This document shows, piece by piece, positions 45,674 through 55,105 of a stretch of DNA of 64,000 nt (positions are counted from its first letter, which is position 1; every line of letters begins with the position of its first letter). Below the pieces are notes generated by a model. The model did not search any database and had not been told where the DNA came from. It worked only from the letters and a program-made list of their open reading frames with translations. The stretch comes from an uncultured bacterium (GTDB lineage: Bacteria > Babelota > Babeliae > Babelales > Vermiphilaceae). The position numbers were made by a program, and so were the translations under genes. The DNA is taken from the NCBI GenBank assembly GCA_963788045.1, contig CAWBEW010000002.1, forward strand, positions 118,596 to 182,595, given 5' to 3'.

Positions 45674-46675
45674 TTATGAATGCTCAGCCAGGTATTCCTT
45701 TATAGCTTTTACGCGATCCTCTGGGCTTGGGTGTCCGTCAAGCGATGTATTATGAAAAACCCATTTAATACCTTGAATAAACAAATGCAATCCTTTTGCT
45801 AAGTAATAATTCATCATTAAGGACTGATAATCATTATCAGAAAGCACTGGCTTATTTTCTTGTAGAAATTCATATGCAGAATCAAGTGCTGCATCATCAG
45901 CCTTTTCATGTTCTAACATATCATCGCAAAATTCAATTAACCCTTTGCCTTTACCTGCATCTTTATAGGCAAACTCGTCTGCTTCTTTTTCAAACTGTTT
46001 ACCAATTGTTAATTGTGTAACTGTGCCAGCAACTACATTTCCGAGCATATAGCGCAGAAATAGTTCATAAAAATTTAGACCGGAAGCTTTGGAGTAGACT
46101 GGACTATTTTTTCTCAAGTAACTCAATCCTATTTGTACCGCAATGTAAAAAGGCACAAGACGAACCAGTATTTTATTAGTGTGATTACATTTAATATGCC
46201 CTAATTCGTGGGCAATAACCGCTTCTAGTGCAGTATCGGAAGTATCTTCAATCATTTTTTGACAAATAAGTATGCCACCGGTAGTCGCAAAAAATTTAGC
46301 TGCAAATGCATTTAAAATCCCTTTTTCTCGCGTAATAAAAACAGTAGGAACTGCCATGCTCTGTTGATTACAAGTGGTTTCAATAAAGCCATATAGCTTT
46401 GGCATAGTTTCTGCTGTAACCACAATCACGTCTTCTGCTAAAAACAGAAAGCGCGATAAGCGTTGCAGAAAAGGTAATTGTTTATAATTGTGGATATCGC
46501 GGTAGATATCTGGAATTAACAGTGGCATATCTGCATCAAAGATCGCGTGATATTTAGGATTTATTTTTAGTGCGTGAAGCTCCTTGCAATAAGAGCTTTC
46601 AGATTTTTCTTTGCCATTTACCATTGAAGAACTTAGAAGCAATCCAACAAGGCATAAGAAAGATACATTTTTCAT
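45674..46675 (-). CDS. secreted M48-like zinc metalloprotease
   Basis: Signal MKNVSFLCLVGLLLSSSMVNG. HELGH (46196-46210) followed by FEKEADEFAYK. Same motif spacing as 8341-9738. Confidence 0.65.
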   Translation of the reverse strand: MKNVSFLCLVGLLLSSSMVNGKEKSESSYCKELHALKINPKYHAIFDADMPLLIPDIYRDIHNYKQLPFLQRLSRFLFLAEDVIVVTAETMPKLYGFIETTCNQQSMAVPTVFITREKGILNAFAAKFFATTGGILICQKMIEDTSDTALEAVIAHELGHIKCNHTNKILVRLVPFYIAVQIGLSYLRKNSPVYSKASGLNFYELFLRYMLGNVVAGTVTQLTIGKQFEKEADEFAYKDAGKGKGLIEFCDDMLEHEKADDAALDSAYEFLQENKPVLSDNDYQSLMMNYYLAKGLHLFIQGIKWVFHNTSLDGHPSPEDRVKAIKEYLAEHS

Positions 46676-46794
46676 AATTCCCCCTAAATACATATTTTAA
46701 AGTCTACGATGAGAACTCATAATAGACTTTTTGCTGCCTTTATCAATACTTTTATCATGAAAATGTAAGGGGTGCTTTAATGATAAAAATATTG

Positions 46795-47439
46795 TCATTT
46801 ATTATGCGCTTCTAGAAGTTTCACAATTTCTTTATGTTTCATCTCTTTTGCATAATCAAGCGCCGTTTTATTATCCATCTTATTTACCGCATTCGCATCT
46901 GCTCCGGCTTCCAGTAGCACCTTCACTGCTTCTATATTGCCTTTCATCGCAGCTATCATGAGCGGGCTCCAATCGCCATAAATTTTTGGCGAACCATCAA
47001 GATGCGCACCATATTTTATTAATTCTTTAATAATAGCGGTGGGTGAACCAGAATTAACAGCATGCGAAAGGAGAGAGAGATTGCGCATAACTGCTGGTTG
47101 AAATTCATTGTTGCCATAAAGAAGTGGCGACTCAGTAAAATCATTAGGATTTGCGCCGGCTTTTAGCAAAATCTGTACCGCTTGCAAGCAACCACTATCA
47201 ATTGCATATCGCAAAACTGGGTTACCACCATGAGGTTGGTCCCGAAAAGCAACCGCATTTACATTTGCACCAGCTTTAATTTCCTTTTTGATTTTAGAAA
47301 TATCGGCTTTGAGAGCTGCTTTCATAAGTGCCGTTTCTCCCGGAATAAAATACATATTTTTGGAGAGATCTTTGCAGAGAGAGATATTACTCATAACAAG
47401 CAAAGTTATAGCGAAGAATTCGATTTTAGATGTGATCAT
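46795..47439 (-). CDS. ankyrin-repeat protein
   Basis: KKEIKAGANVNAV, AVQILLKAGANPND, GNIEAVKVLLEAGADANAVN, KHKEIVKLLEAH. Confidence 0.8.
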   Translation of the reverse strand: MITSKIEFFAITLLVMSNISLCKDLSKNMYFIPGETALMKAALKADISKIKKEIKAGANVNAVAFRDQPHGGNPVLRYAIDSGCLQAVQILLKAGANPNDFTESPLLYGNNEFQPAVMRNLSLLSHAVNSGSPTAIIKELIKYGAHLDGSPKIYGDWSPLMIAAMKGNIEAVKVLLEAGADANAVNKMDNKTALDYAKEMKHKEIVKLLEAHNK

Positions 47440-47640
47440 AAAAAAACTCCATTGGTTTATTTATCTAGAAATACTAAGTTTGAGTATAGCACGCGCTTAA
47501 CTCATATGCAAAAATGCACTTTCTTCTTCAGCGCAAATTGACAAATTGCTAATTTGCAAAATAGCGAAGCTCGTGCAATGCTTGAACAAGTTTTTCAAAT
47601 TTGTCGCGCAAACTGCGCGACTATTAAAGGATTGAGAATC

Positions 47641-48633
47641 ATGAAAATGCAATGGCACATATTTTTAGCAGGCATATTTTTAACTGCAAGCCTTCATAGC
47701 CAAAGCTTGCAGCCATCATACGATGTTAAAACCGGCGGCATACAACTTATAGAACTAGACAATGGCTATAAAGTCTGGACAAAAAAAGTAGCGGGTGGAA
47801 CGATTCCTGTCCTGATGCTTCATGGTGGTCCTGGCTGCACCCATGAATATTTCGAATGCTTTGAGGATTTTCTTCCCGAGGCAGGATATCAGATTATTTA
47901 TTATGACCAGCTTGGTTCTCATTTTTCAGATCAGCCAAAGGATAACTCTCTATGGAAAATTGAACGTTTTGTAGAAGAGCTAGAACAAGTAAGAAAAGCG
48001 CTTGGGCTTGAAAACTTTTATCTTTATGGGCAATCATGGGGGGCAATGCTGGCAATTGAGTATGCACTTGCGCATCAAGAACATTTAAAAGGACTTATTA
48101 TTTCTAATATGACTGCAAGCATAGATTCCTATGTGCGTTATGCAAACCAGCTAAGAAACGATTTCCCTTTAGAAATTCAAAATATTTTAAAAAAATATGA
48201 AGATGCAGGAGATTTTCATGCTCCTGAATATGAAAAAATCATGTTTGACATAGTCTACAAAAAACACTTATGCCGTGTTTTACCATGGCCTGATCCACTT
48301 ATAAGAGCATTTAAGCATATGAATTTTGAGGTATACAATGAAATGCAAGGCCCCAACGAGTTTGTAATAACGGGCAGTATGAAATACTGGAACCGATGGC
48401 ACGATATTGCAAAAATTACCGTTCCAACATTAGTGATGGGGGCAGCCTATGATACGATGGACCCTAAAGATATACTGAAAATGGCAGAACTTATACCAAA
48501 TGCGAGCCTCTCGATTTGTAATAACGGAAGTCATTTGGCGCTGTATGATGATCAAGCGCACTATTTTCAAGATCTTATTAATTTTTTGGATGCTGTTGAA
48601 TCGGACGAGCTTTCTAAAGTGAGTTGCTCGTGA
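47641..48633 (+). CDS. proline iminopeptidase-family alpha/beta hydrolase with signal peptide
   Basis: MKMQWHIFLAGIFLTASLHS. LHGGPGCTHEYFE and the nucleophile elbow YGQSWGAML. Confidence 0.7.
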   Translation: MKMQWHIFLAGIFLTASLHSQSLQPSYDVKTGGIQLIELDNGYKVWTKKVAGGTIPVLMLHGGPGCTHEYFECFEDFLPEAGYQIIYYDQLGSHFSDQPKDNSLWKIERFVEELEQVRKALGLENFYLYGQSWGAMLAIEYALAHQEHLKGLIISNMTASIDSYVRYANQLRNDFPLEIQNILKKYEDAGDFHAPEYEKIMFDIVYKKHLCRVLPWPDPLIRAFKHMNFEVYNEMQGPNEFVITGSMKYWNRWHDIAKITVPTLVMGAAYDTMDPKDILKMAELIPNASLSICNNGSHLALYDDQAHYFQDLINFLDAVESDELSKVSCS

Positions 48634-49476
48634 GTGCCCAAGCCAAACTATAATAAACCTATTCTTATAATAAAGGATTCCATGCAACTAAAATCTCGCT
48701 ATCACATCCTAAAAGATTTCCTTTTTTACTATGGCTGCACATTGAGTATTATCTATGCAATGCAAATAGCAAGCAATTTGCTCGGCAAGAAATTGCCATT
48801 TAGCGATTCAAATCAAAATCCTTATGCCTTTTTTGCAATATTACTACTGATTTTAATTACTCAGCCATATTTTGAAGCATGGGGCAGAAAAAAGACGATT
48901 GCCGATTATTTTCCTGAAGGCATCAAAGAAACAAATACGAATGATCAAGAAATCACTATTCCATTTCAAAAAGAAGGCATGAAGACCGGATTGTCTATTT
49001 GCTTCTTGATGATCATCTTCTTTCTCGGACTTTTCTACATGAGCAGCGACCTCTATAAATTTCTGGGCCACTACATCACCTTTTTCTTGCAAAGCATTAT
49101 AGTCATCACTACTTTGCTATTTCTTGTTGTATTTATATATGGAATTCTCCAAAACAAAAAACTAGAAGACTTAGCACGACTCACTCATCAAGGCATATGG
49201 GTTAGATACTTTGGATTTATCCCATGGACTGATATCGTCGTACTCGATAAATTCCAATATGGAACCCCTTTGATTAGTATCGGCATTCGAGTAAAAGACT
49301 TAGAAAAGTTATCCAAACAGGCCTCATTTAACGGAAAAATGGCAATCTTTTGGTCAAAATTCTTCGGCTATCCACCTATAATAATTGCAAATACCCAGAT
49401 GGATAATGAGCAGATAATAGCTTTTGCTCGAAGATTTATATCGCATGAGAATAATCAAGATGCCTTCAGGGATTAA
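48634..49476 (+). CDS. multi-pass membrane hypothetical protein; last codons derived from a toxin-gene remnant
   Basis: GTG start abuts the previous stop (alternative ATG at 48682). The final 6 codons and the stop fall inside DNA homologous to the 3' end of the 54124-54507 toxin gene. Confidence 0.45.
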   Translation: MPKPNYNKPILIIKDSMQLKSRYHILKDFLFYYGCTLSIIYAMQIASNLLGKKLPFSDSNQNPYAFFAILLLILITQPYFEAWGRKKTIADYFPEGIKETNTNDQEITIPFQKEGMKTGLSICFLMIIFFLGLFYMSSDLYKFLGHYITFFLQSIIVITTLLFLVVFIYGILQNKKLEDLARLTHQGIWVRYFGFIPWTDIVVLDKFQYGTPLISIGIRVKDLEKLSKQASFNGKMAIFWSKFFGYPPIIIANTQMDNEQIIAFARRFISHENNQDAFRD

Positions 49477-49861
49477 GGAAAAGGCCTTAAAATTAAAATC
49501 TGATTATTTAAAAATGAGTAAAAGAAGGGACTTATTATGACTAAGAAAATCAAATCAACCTATGGCAAGCTCATGGAATCAATGAGCGCTAAAGAAAAAA
49601 AAGAATACGAAAAAGATCTTAAGGATTTCATCATTTCTGAGCTTATTTTAGCTGCCATGGAAGAAGACAATATCTCAGTAAGAAAATTGGCAAGGCTTGC
49701 AGATATCACCTACTATTGTTCAGGAAATGAGAAGTGGCGTAAAAAAGAGTCTCAATACTGATACTTTTTTTAAAGTACTTAAAGGTCTTGGCTATAACGT
49801 CTTTTTAGAAAGAAATGGGCATGTTACTCCCTTGGGTGTTTCTCATATTCACAAAAAATAG
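49457..49861 (+). pseudogene. degraded copy of the Gp49/HigB-HTH toxin-antitoxin module (toxin deleted, antitoxin frameshifted)
   Basis: Collinear with 54422-54826. MTKKIKSTYGKLMESMSAKEKKEYEKDLKDFIISELILAAMEEDNISVRKLA matches the intact antitoxin, then the frame is lost. FFKVLKGLGYNVFLERNGHVTPLGVSHIHKK is recovered in another frame. Confidence 0.8.
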
Positions 49862-50024
49862 CGCACTTATTTAGAAACACTCGAAGCAAAATAAAGTGAA
49901 ATTATTGTAACCATATCTCAGAATGCTTAAAAGAGGCTTTCCCAGCAGACTACGATGAATATCAGTAAAGAAATTGAATGATAAAATATTTAATAATTGA
50001 TTGATTATTTTTTTAGCAAAATCT

Positions 50025-50639
50025 TTAGTTGATCACAATGTTGTTGAAGCAAAGCATCATTTTTTCACTTATAGGATCGATGAATGCTTTATAGGGACTC
50101 GTGTATTGATTAATCAAATTTAAAATATAAAGAGGACGATGAGCGTAATATTCACTTGCGTATAATGAAAATATCGCCCCGGCAATACATGTTAGCCCTC
50201 CTAATAAACTTAACCCTAAATATTTTTTATCTACTGGAGCAAGAGACTTAAGTTCTTTAAAAAAAGATACTTTCACTCCTGGCTTAACATCATATATGAG
50301 AGCTAGACATGAAAGATTGCCCAGACACATCAATCCCATTCCAATCAATGCCACACAACTTGTCGCAAAAACCCCCTTTTTAGTTTCAAGAGAGAGCCAT
50401 GCCTTTTGCTCATATTCTTTAAATTGCTCTAAAGCCTTCGAGATGAGCAAATATTTTTCTTGGTCCGCAAAAGATCGTTCCTTAAGCTCTCGCTCTAATG
50501 TTTTAATATCTTGTTCCTCAATAGCTTTGATTAATTGAGAGATCGAAGATGAATTTTTTGTCACTTCTTGTTGAGGTTCATTACAATGAGATTGAGAAGC
50601 AAATATTAGAAATGCAATTACAAGATAAAAAATTTTCAT
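50025..50639 (-). CDS. hypothetical membrane protein with signal peptide
   Basis: MKIFYLVIAFLIFASQSHC signal, a coiled-coil segment, then two hydrophobic helices. Confidence 0.5.
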   Translation of the reverse strand: MKIFYLVIAFLIFASQSHCNEPQQEVTKNSSSISQLIKAIEEQDIKTLERELKERSFADQEKYLLISKALEQFKEYEQKAWLSLETKKGVFATSCVALIGMGLMCLGNLSCLALIYDVKPGVKVSFFKELKSLAPVDKKYLGLSLLGGLTCIAGAIFSLYASEYYAHRPLYILNLINQYTSPYKAFIDPISEKMMLCFNNIVIN

Positions 50640-50667
50640 GATAACCTCTTAAAAAATACGGAAGACG

Positions 50668-50702
50668 CTTTCGACTGTGCTCAGGATAAACTCCGCTCGA
50701 AG
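50668..50702. repeat. module D repeat copy
   Basis: CTTTCGACTGTGCTCAGGATAAACTCCGCTCGAAG versus CCTTTGACTATGCTCAGGATAAACTCCACTCGAAG inside mutL (24521-24555). Confidence 0.8.
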
Positions 50703-50759
50703 TCAGAAAATTCAAAGTCAATTCCAAGCCTATTTTTTTAATGAGGTACTCCAAGAAAA

Positions 50760-51599
50760 TCATTTTCTTTTTATTGCCTTATCAATTAGCTGAACAATCT
50801 CTTTGTGCCCATTACTTTTGGCAATCTCCAAAGCTGTAGCACCCATTATGTTTCTAATGCGAGGATCAGCACCGCTATCAAGAAGTAACTTGACAATATC
50901 TTTATGGCCTTTCCAAGAAGCTCTGCTCAAAGCAGTACAGGATGAGATGGTTGTTTCAACATTAGGATTAGCGCCCTTATCAAGAAGCAGCTTAACTATG
51001 TTTTTATGACCTCCCATAGAAGCTGCTATTAAAGCCGTACTACCGGTATCAGGGCCTCGGTGGGAATCAGCTTCAACATTAGGATCGGCACCCTTATCGA
51101 GAAGTAACTCTACCATATCTTTATTGCCTTTTTTAGCGGCCTCTACCAAAGCATAACCCATGCTAAGCCGAGCACCAGTATCACGTTTATCAAGTAGTAG
51201 CTTTACAATTTCTGTATGGCCTCCTTTAACAGCTTCTCTTAAAGCCGCATTGTCGCCCCATCCACATATAATATGAGGATGAGCTCCCTTATTAAGAAGC
51301 AACTCCACCATATCTTTATGCCCATTTCCACACGCATGCATTAATGCTGTCATTTCTGACTTTTGACCTATCTCATTAATGTTGGTTTTGGGATCATTCA
51401 AAGCGCTTTTCAAGTCCTCCAAATTACCTTTTTTAGCTGCTTCTATTAATTTTGAATCAGATTTACTTGCAAACAACTCACAAGCTTCTGCTATGTTCTG
51501 CCCCCGCTCAGCCCAATCATTCCCACGTGCAAAGCCTATGCCAACTTGTAGCAGCAATACTACACCCATTAATAATTTAATATTTTTTATAGATTTCAT
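50760..51599 (-). CDS. ankyrin-repeat protein with six near-consensus repeats
   Basis: GHKDMVELLLNKGAHPH, GHTEIVKLLLDKRD, GNKDMVELLLDKGADPN, GHKNIVKLLLDKGANPN, GHKDIVKLLLDSGADPR, GHKEIVQLI. Signal-like N-terminus. Confidence 0.85.
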   Translation of the reverse strand: MKSIKNIKLLMGVVLLLQVGIGFARGNDWAERGQNIAEACELFASKSDSKLIEAAKKGNLEDLKSALNDPKTNINEIGQKSEMTALMHACGNGHKDMVELLLNKGAHPHIICGWGDNAALREAVKGGHTEIVKLLLDKRDTGARLSMGYALVEAAKKGNKDMVELLLDKGADPNVEADSHRGPDTGSTALIAASMGGHKNIVKLLLDKGANPNVETTISSCTALSRASWKGHKDIVKLLLDSGADPRIRNIMGATALEIAKSNGHKEIVQLIDKAIKRK

Positions 51600-51741
51600 A
51601 ATATTAGACCTTCTGTTCTTATTTGCTTTTAAAATTTTAGAATTGTTTTGCCTTTAGTACTGGCAAGCCAGACGAAGTTCCAAAGGACCCAAGACTTGAG
51701 TTGCTTGGTTGTCTGTCCGCAGTAATCTTGATGAAAGCGGA

Positions 51742-51828
51742 ACTCATTCAGAAACTATGAAATTAAGTATACCATTAGCTCAACCCACATTCAAACGGTG
51801 TTTTCAGTGCTTAAACTTCAGTCACCAA
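51742..51828 (+). repeat. 87-nt dispersed repeat, copy 1
   Basis: Gap-free alignment with 53936-54022. The first 66 nt differ at 4 positions (core GAAATTAAGTATACCATTAGCTCAACCCACATTCAAACGGT). Confidence 0.85.
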
Positions 51829-51853
51829 ATTGGTAACATTAACACTTACTAAA

Positions 51854-51873
51854 ATTAGCACAGCTGTGCTAAT
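51854..51873. promoter_or_regulatory. perfect 20-nt palindrome ATTAGCACAGCTGTGCTAAT
   Basis: Lies 26 nt after repeat copy 1, in an ORF-free stretch. Operator-like. Confidence 0.4.
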
Positions 51874-52236
51874 TTCTTCATATCGATAGAAATACATGCA
51901 ATGGAATGTCAATGAGCGCCAAGCCAAAGTTATATCTAAAAAGTCTTTTAATATCAAAAGTTATGCTTCTTTTATGGAAGGCAAGTGAGAGAAAGACTTT
52001 GCAACGCTCAGTGGAACTTTTTTTGACCTGCTAATTTTTTTTGTGACCAAAAAGCATGGTATTTTTACTTACGGGCAGATTCCTTTAAATATCGCTCTTC
52101 CATTTCTTCCCGTAATTTTTTTACTGTCTTATAGTCGGTATAAAATTCTCTATTTTGTTCTATGACTCCAGGAAGAACAATTAGAACCTACGCGAGTAAT
52201 CCTATATACAGGACCAGAATGGCTCCGTATTATCCT

Positions 52237-52905
52237 TCAGGGCTGATGCCCGCGTTGGCGTAACAGCTCTTGTTGCTCTTTTACATACTTTTTTTGGCGC
52301 TCTATGAGGGCATTCTTTAAGAGGTTGTAAACTTCTTGCGTATTTTTATCATCGGGCTTTTGTTCTAATCTTTCTTCAGATATGGCTAGCGGAGTCTTAT
52401 TAGCCTTATTACGCGCTCCTATATTTGCGCCACGTTTTATAAGGAGATCGGCAATTTCGGGGGCTGTAATTTCTGCGGCATTATGCAAAGGAGTATTTCC
52501 CTCTATGTCATCAGTTATATTTATATCGGCCCCCCTATCAAGAAGCTTTGTAATTAAATCAATGATCACTGCTTTATACATTGGTCGGTAAAAAAAAACA
52601 GCTTGAGATAAAGGATTATAACCCCCGTAAGCTCGAATAGAGTAATCAGCTCCAGCATTTAATAATTTTAATGCGATAGTAAAGTTTCCTGCATACATGG
52701 CAGCAAGCAGTGGAGTTAGCCGATTTGCATACTTAATAATATTTAAATCACCTTTATTGGCAATATATTTGTCTACGCCGGCCTCATTTCCCCATTGAAT
52801 GTCATCAAACAGCTTTTGTTGCTCAGGGGTGAGTGGAGCTCTTTCCATGGAAGCTATCGCAACGGGTATGAGCAATGATATTAAAAACATTTTATAAATA
52901 TGCAT
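52237..52905 (-). CDS. ankyrin-repeat protein, island paralog family
   Basis: LTPEQQKLFDDIQWGNEAGVDKYIANKGDLN. Ankyrin repeats. Conserved tail LLKNALIERQKKYVKEQQELLRQRGHQP. Confidence 0.8.
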   Translation of the reverse strand: MHIYKMFLISLLIPVAIASMERAPLTPEQQKLFDDIQWGNEAGVDKYIANKGDLNIIKYANRLTPLLAAMYAGNFTIALKLLNAGADYSIRAYGGYNPLSQAVFFYRPMYKAVIIDLITKLLDRGADINITDDIEGNTPLHNAAEITAPEIADLLIKRGANIGARNKANKTPLAISEERLEQKPDDKNTQEVYNLLKNALIERQKKYVKEQQELLRQRGHQP

Positions 52906-52923
52906 AAAAAAATCCCTTTTAAA

Positions 52924-53571
52924 TTAATGGCCTCGTAATTTCAGCATTTCTTTTTGCTCATTTACGTGCTTTTGTTGGCGCTCTATGAGGGCATTTTTCA
53001 AAAGTTCAAATAATTCTTTTCTTTCTGCTGTTGGGGTTACCGATACTAAATCATGTGCAAGTTGTATCGGAGTAAGGCCATTTGCATTTTTAGCCATTAC
53101 ATTTGCACCCCGCTCAAGAAGAAGCTTTACAACTCGAGGATCTCCAGCATTTACTGCCACATGTAAAGGAAGATTGATTTCATCAACTCTTGCATTTACA
53201 TCAATTCCTTTATCAAGAATTGCGGCAATAACTGAAATACTATTGGCAAATTTGTTCGTCAGAATTGGTATATATAAGTCGTTAGCTGAAGGTATTGCAC
53301 CAGCATATAATAATTTTAATGCGATTTTGTTTTCAGAAGAATGGATGGCGACATATAATGGAGTCTCGCCGAAAGAATTGACAACATTAAGATCACCTTT
53401 ATTTGCTATATATTTTTCTACTATTTGTTCATCTCCATTTTGAATAGCTTTAAAGAGCTGTTCTTGCTCAGGCGTGAGCGTTGTAGCAGTTTCTCGTATC
53501 ATTGGCGCCATTGTTGCAGGCATTATCAGCAACGATAAAAGAAGTGCGTTATGCATGCGCAATACATTCAT
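52924..53571 (-). CDS. ankyrin-repeat protein, island paralog family
   Basis: LTPEQEQLFKAIQNGDEQIVEKYIANKGDLN. Tail LLKNALIERQQKHVNEQKEMLKLRGH. Confidence 0.8.
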   Translation of the reverse strand: MNVLRMHNALLLSLLIMPATMAPMIRETATTLTPEQEQLFKAIQNGDEQIVEKYIANKGDLNVVNSFGETPLYVAIHSSENKIALKLLYAGAIPSANDLYIPILTNKFANSISVIAAILDKGIDVNARVDEINLPLHVAVNAGDPRVVKLLLERGANVMAKNANGLTPIQLAHDLVSVTPTAERKELFELLKNALIERQQKHVNEQKEMLKLRGH

Positions 53572-53754
53572 AAATAATTCTCCTGGTTATTGGGGCTATT
53601 AATTTTATACTTTTATATTATCATAATATTTTATATTTGTAAATATTGATTTTTAAAAAGATGAGGCAATGGCCATAAATAAAGGCTTTTTTAATCAAGA
53701 CAAAGAGGCGCCTACCAGGCACTCATTCATGAAAGTAATTCTTATCACACAGTA

Positions 53755-53803
53755 AAACGGGCATGTTACCCATTTGGGAACTGCTCATATGCATAAAAAA
53801 TAG
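53755..53803 (+). pseudogene. orphan 3' fragment of the HTH antitoxin gene
   Basis: AAACGGGCATGTTACCCATTTGGGAACTGCTCATATGCATAAAAAATAG encodes NGHVTHLGTAHMHKK-stop. Compare NGHITPLEVAHMHKK-stop at 54779-54826. Confidence 0.7.
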
Positions 53804-53860
53804 AGCATACCTATATAAAAAAATTCTATGAATATTAGTTCCTAAAGAAAAAGGCGCTGC

Positions 53861-53889
53861 GTCCGCCGAAGCTCGAAGAGCGTAGACTG
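53861..53889. repeat. module C repeat copy (short)
   Basis: GTCCGCCGAAGCTCGAAGAGCGTAGACTG. Compare CCCGCCATAGCTCGAAGAGCGACGGCTGG at 27558-27586. Confidence 0.65.
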
Positions 53890-53935
53890 AATAGCCAAAT
53901 TTTTAACGTATTAAAAATTTGGCGTTACTTAGTTG

Positions 53936-54022
53936 ACTCATTCAGGAACGGTGAAATTAAGTATACCATTAGCTCAACCCACATTCAAACGGTATTTTCA
54001 GCATTTAAGTTAAAATCACCAG
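53936..54022 (+). repeat. 87-nt dispersed repeat, copy 2
   Basis: See 51742-51828. Lies about 100 nt upstream of the intact toxin gene. Confidence 0.85.
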
Positions 54023-54063
54023 GATCGTAAAAAATTTATCGTTTTTATCTATATTCTATACAT

Positions 54064-54083
54064 CGTACCGCAAATATGGTACG
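54064..54083. promoter_or_regulatory. candidate operator for the TA operon
   Basis: CGTACC-GCAAATAT-GGTACG inverted repeat 41 nt upstream of the toxin ATG. Confidence 0.35.
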
Positions 54084-54123
54084 CTTGTGTTATATTTCAG
54101 AACATATCTAGCGAGAGAGTCTA

Positions 54124-54507
54124 ATGGATGAAAAATTTATAGCCTATAAAGGCAAAAAGTTCACCATTGAATGGTATTATAATGCCAAGAAAGAAAGTAC
54201 AGCTCAGGAGTATTTTGAAGAACTAACTTTGGATCGTAAAAAGAAATTCGCCCAATTACTCAAAGTGATGGGAGAGATGGGGCAGATAAGAAATAGAGAA
54301 AAATTTACTACTGAAGACGATCAGATATATGCTTTTAAGCCGCAGCCTGATAGATTTCTCTGCTTTTTCTTTACGGGAGGCAAAATTATCATAACCAATG
54401 CCTATGAAAAGAAATCACAAAAGATGCCTCCAGGGATAAAGGAAAAGGCCTTAAAATTAAAAGCTAATTATATAAAAAGAGTAAAAGAAGGGACTTATTA
54501 TGACTAA
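54124..54507 (+). CDS. Gp49-like (DUF891) RelE/HigB-family toxin
   Basis: 127 aa. ...YAFKPQPDRFLCFFFTGGKIIITNAYEKKSQKMPPGIKEKA pattern. Overlaps the downstream HTH gene by 8 nt (toxin-first order as in HigBA). Confidence 0.7.
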   Translation: MDEKFIAYKGKKFTIEWYYNAKKESTAQEYFEELTLDRKKKFAQLLKVMGEMGQIRNREKFTTEDDQIYAFKPQPDRFLCFFFTGGKIIITNAYEKKSQKMPPGIKEKALKLKANYIKRVKEGTYYD

Positions 54508-54826
54508 GAAAATCAAATCAACCTATGACAAGCTCATGGAATCAATGAGCGCTAAAGAAAAAAAAGAATACGAAAAAGAGCTTAAGGATTTTATCATTTC
54601 TGAGCTTATTTTAGCTGCCATGGAAGAAGATAATATCTCAGTAAGAAAATTGGCAAAACTTGCAGGAGTATCGCCTACTATTGTTCAAGAAATGCGGACA
54701 GGCGTCAAAAAAAGTTTTAATACTGATACTTTTTTCAAAGTACTTAAAGGCCTTGGCTACAATGTTTTTTTGGAACGAAACGGGCATATTACTCCTTTAG
54801 AAGTTGCTCATATGCATAAAAAATAA
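54500..54826 (+). CDS. XRE-family HTH antitoxin (HigA-like)
   Basis: 108 aa. NISVRKLAKLAGVSPTIVQEMRTG helix-turn-helix. Confidence 0.7.
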   Translation: MTKKIKSTYDKLMESMSAKEKKEYEKELKDFIISELILAAMEEDNISVRKLAKLAGVSPTIVQEMRTGVKKSFNTDTFFKVLKGLGYNVFLERNGHITPLEVAHMHKK

Positions 54827-55105
54827 AAAAATTTCGCTTGCTTTCATTGTAAATCCTGCATATAATCACCGCAATTGTAATAGAAGCATCACTGCATCAA
54901 AGGATACACAATGAACCATATCAAACTCATCAGGATTCAATACCTGATATCTCATTATGGGCTGCCACTCAATTTAACGCAGAGCGATTTATATTTGCTC
55001 ACCGAGTGCCAATAAGCTCAATCCATACAATCGTAATTTGTTTATTTCCCTGCTGATATTAAATCAGCCTGATGATACTCGAGCATCGAAATCGAGAAGA
55101 TATAT

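Noticed and set aside
52985-53443. 152-aa plus-strand ORF inside the ankyrin gene 52924-53571
   Set aside because: It is an antisense frame of a repeat-protein gene. It has no SD and no recognisable motif.
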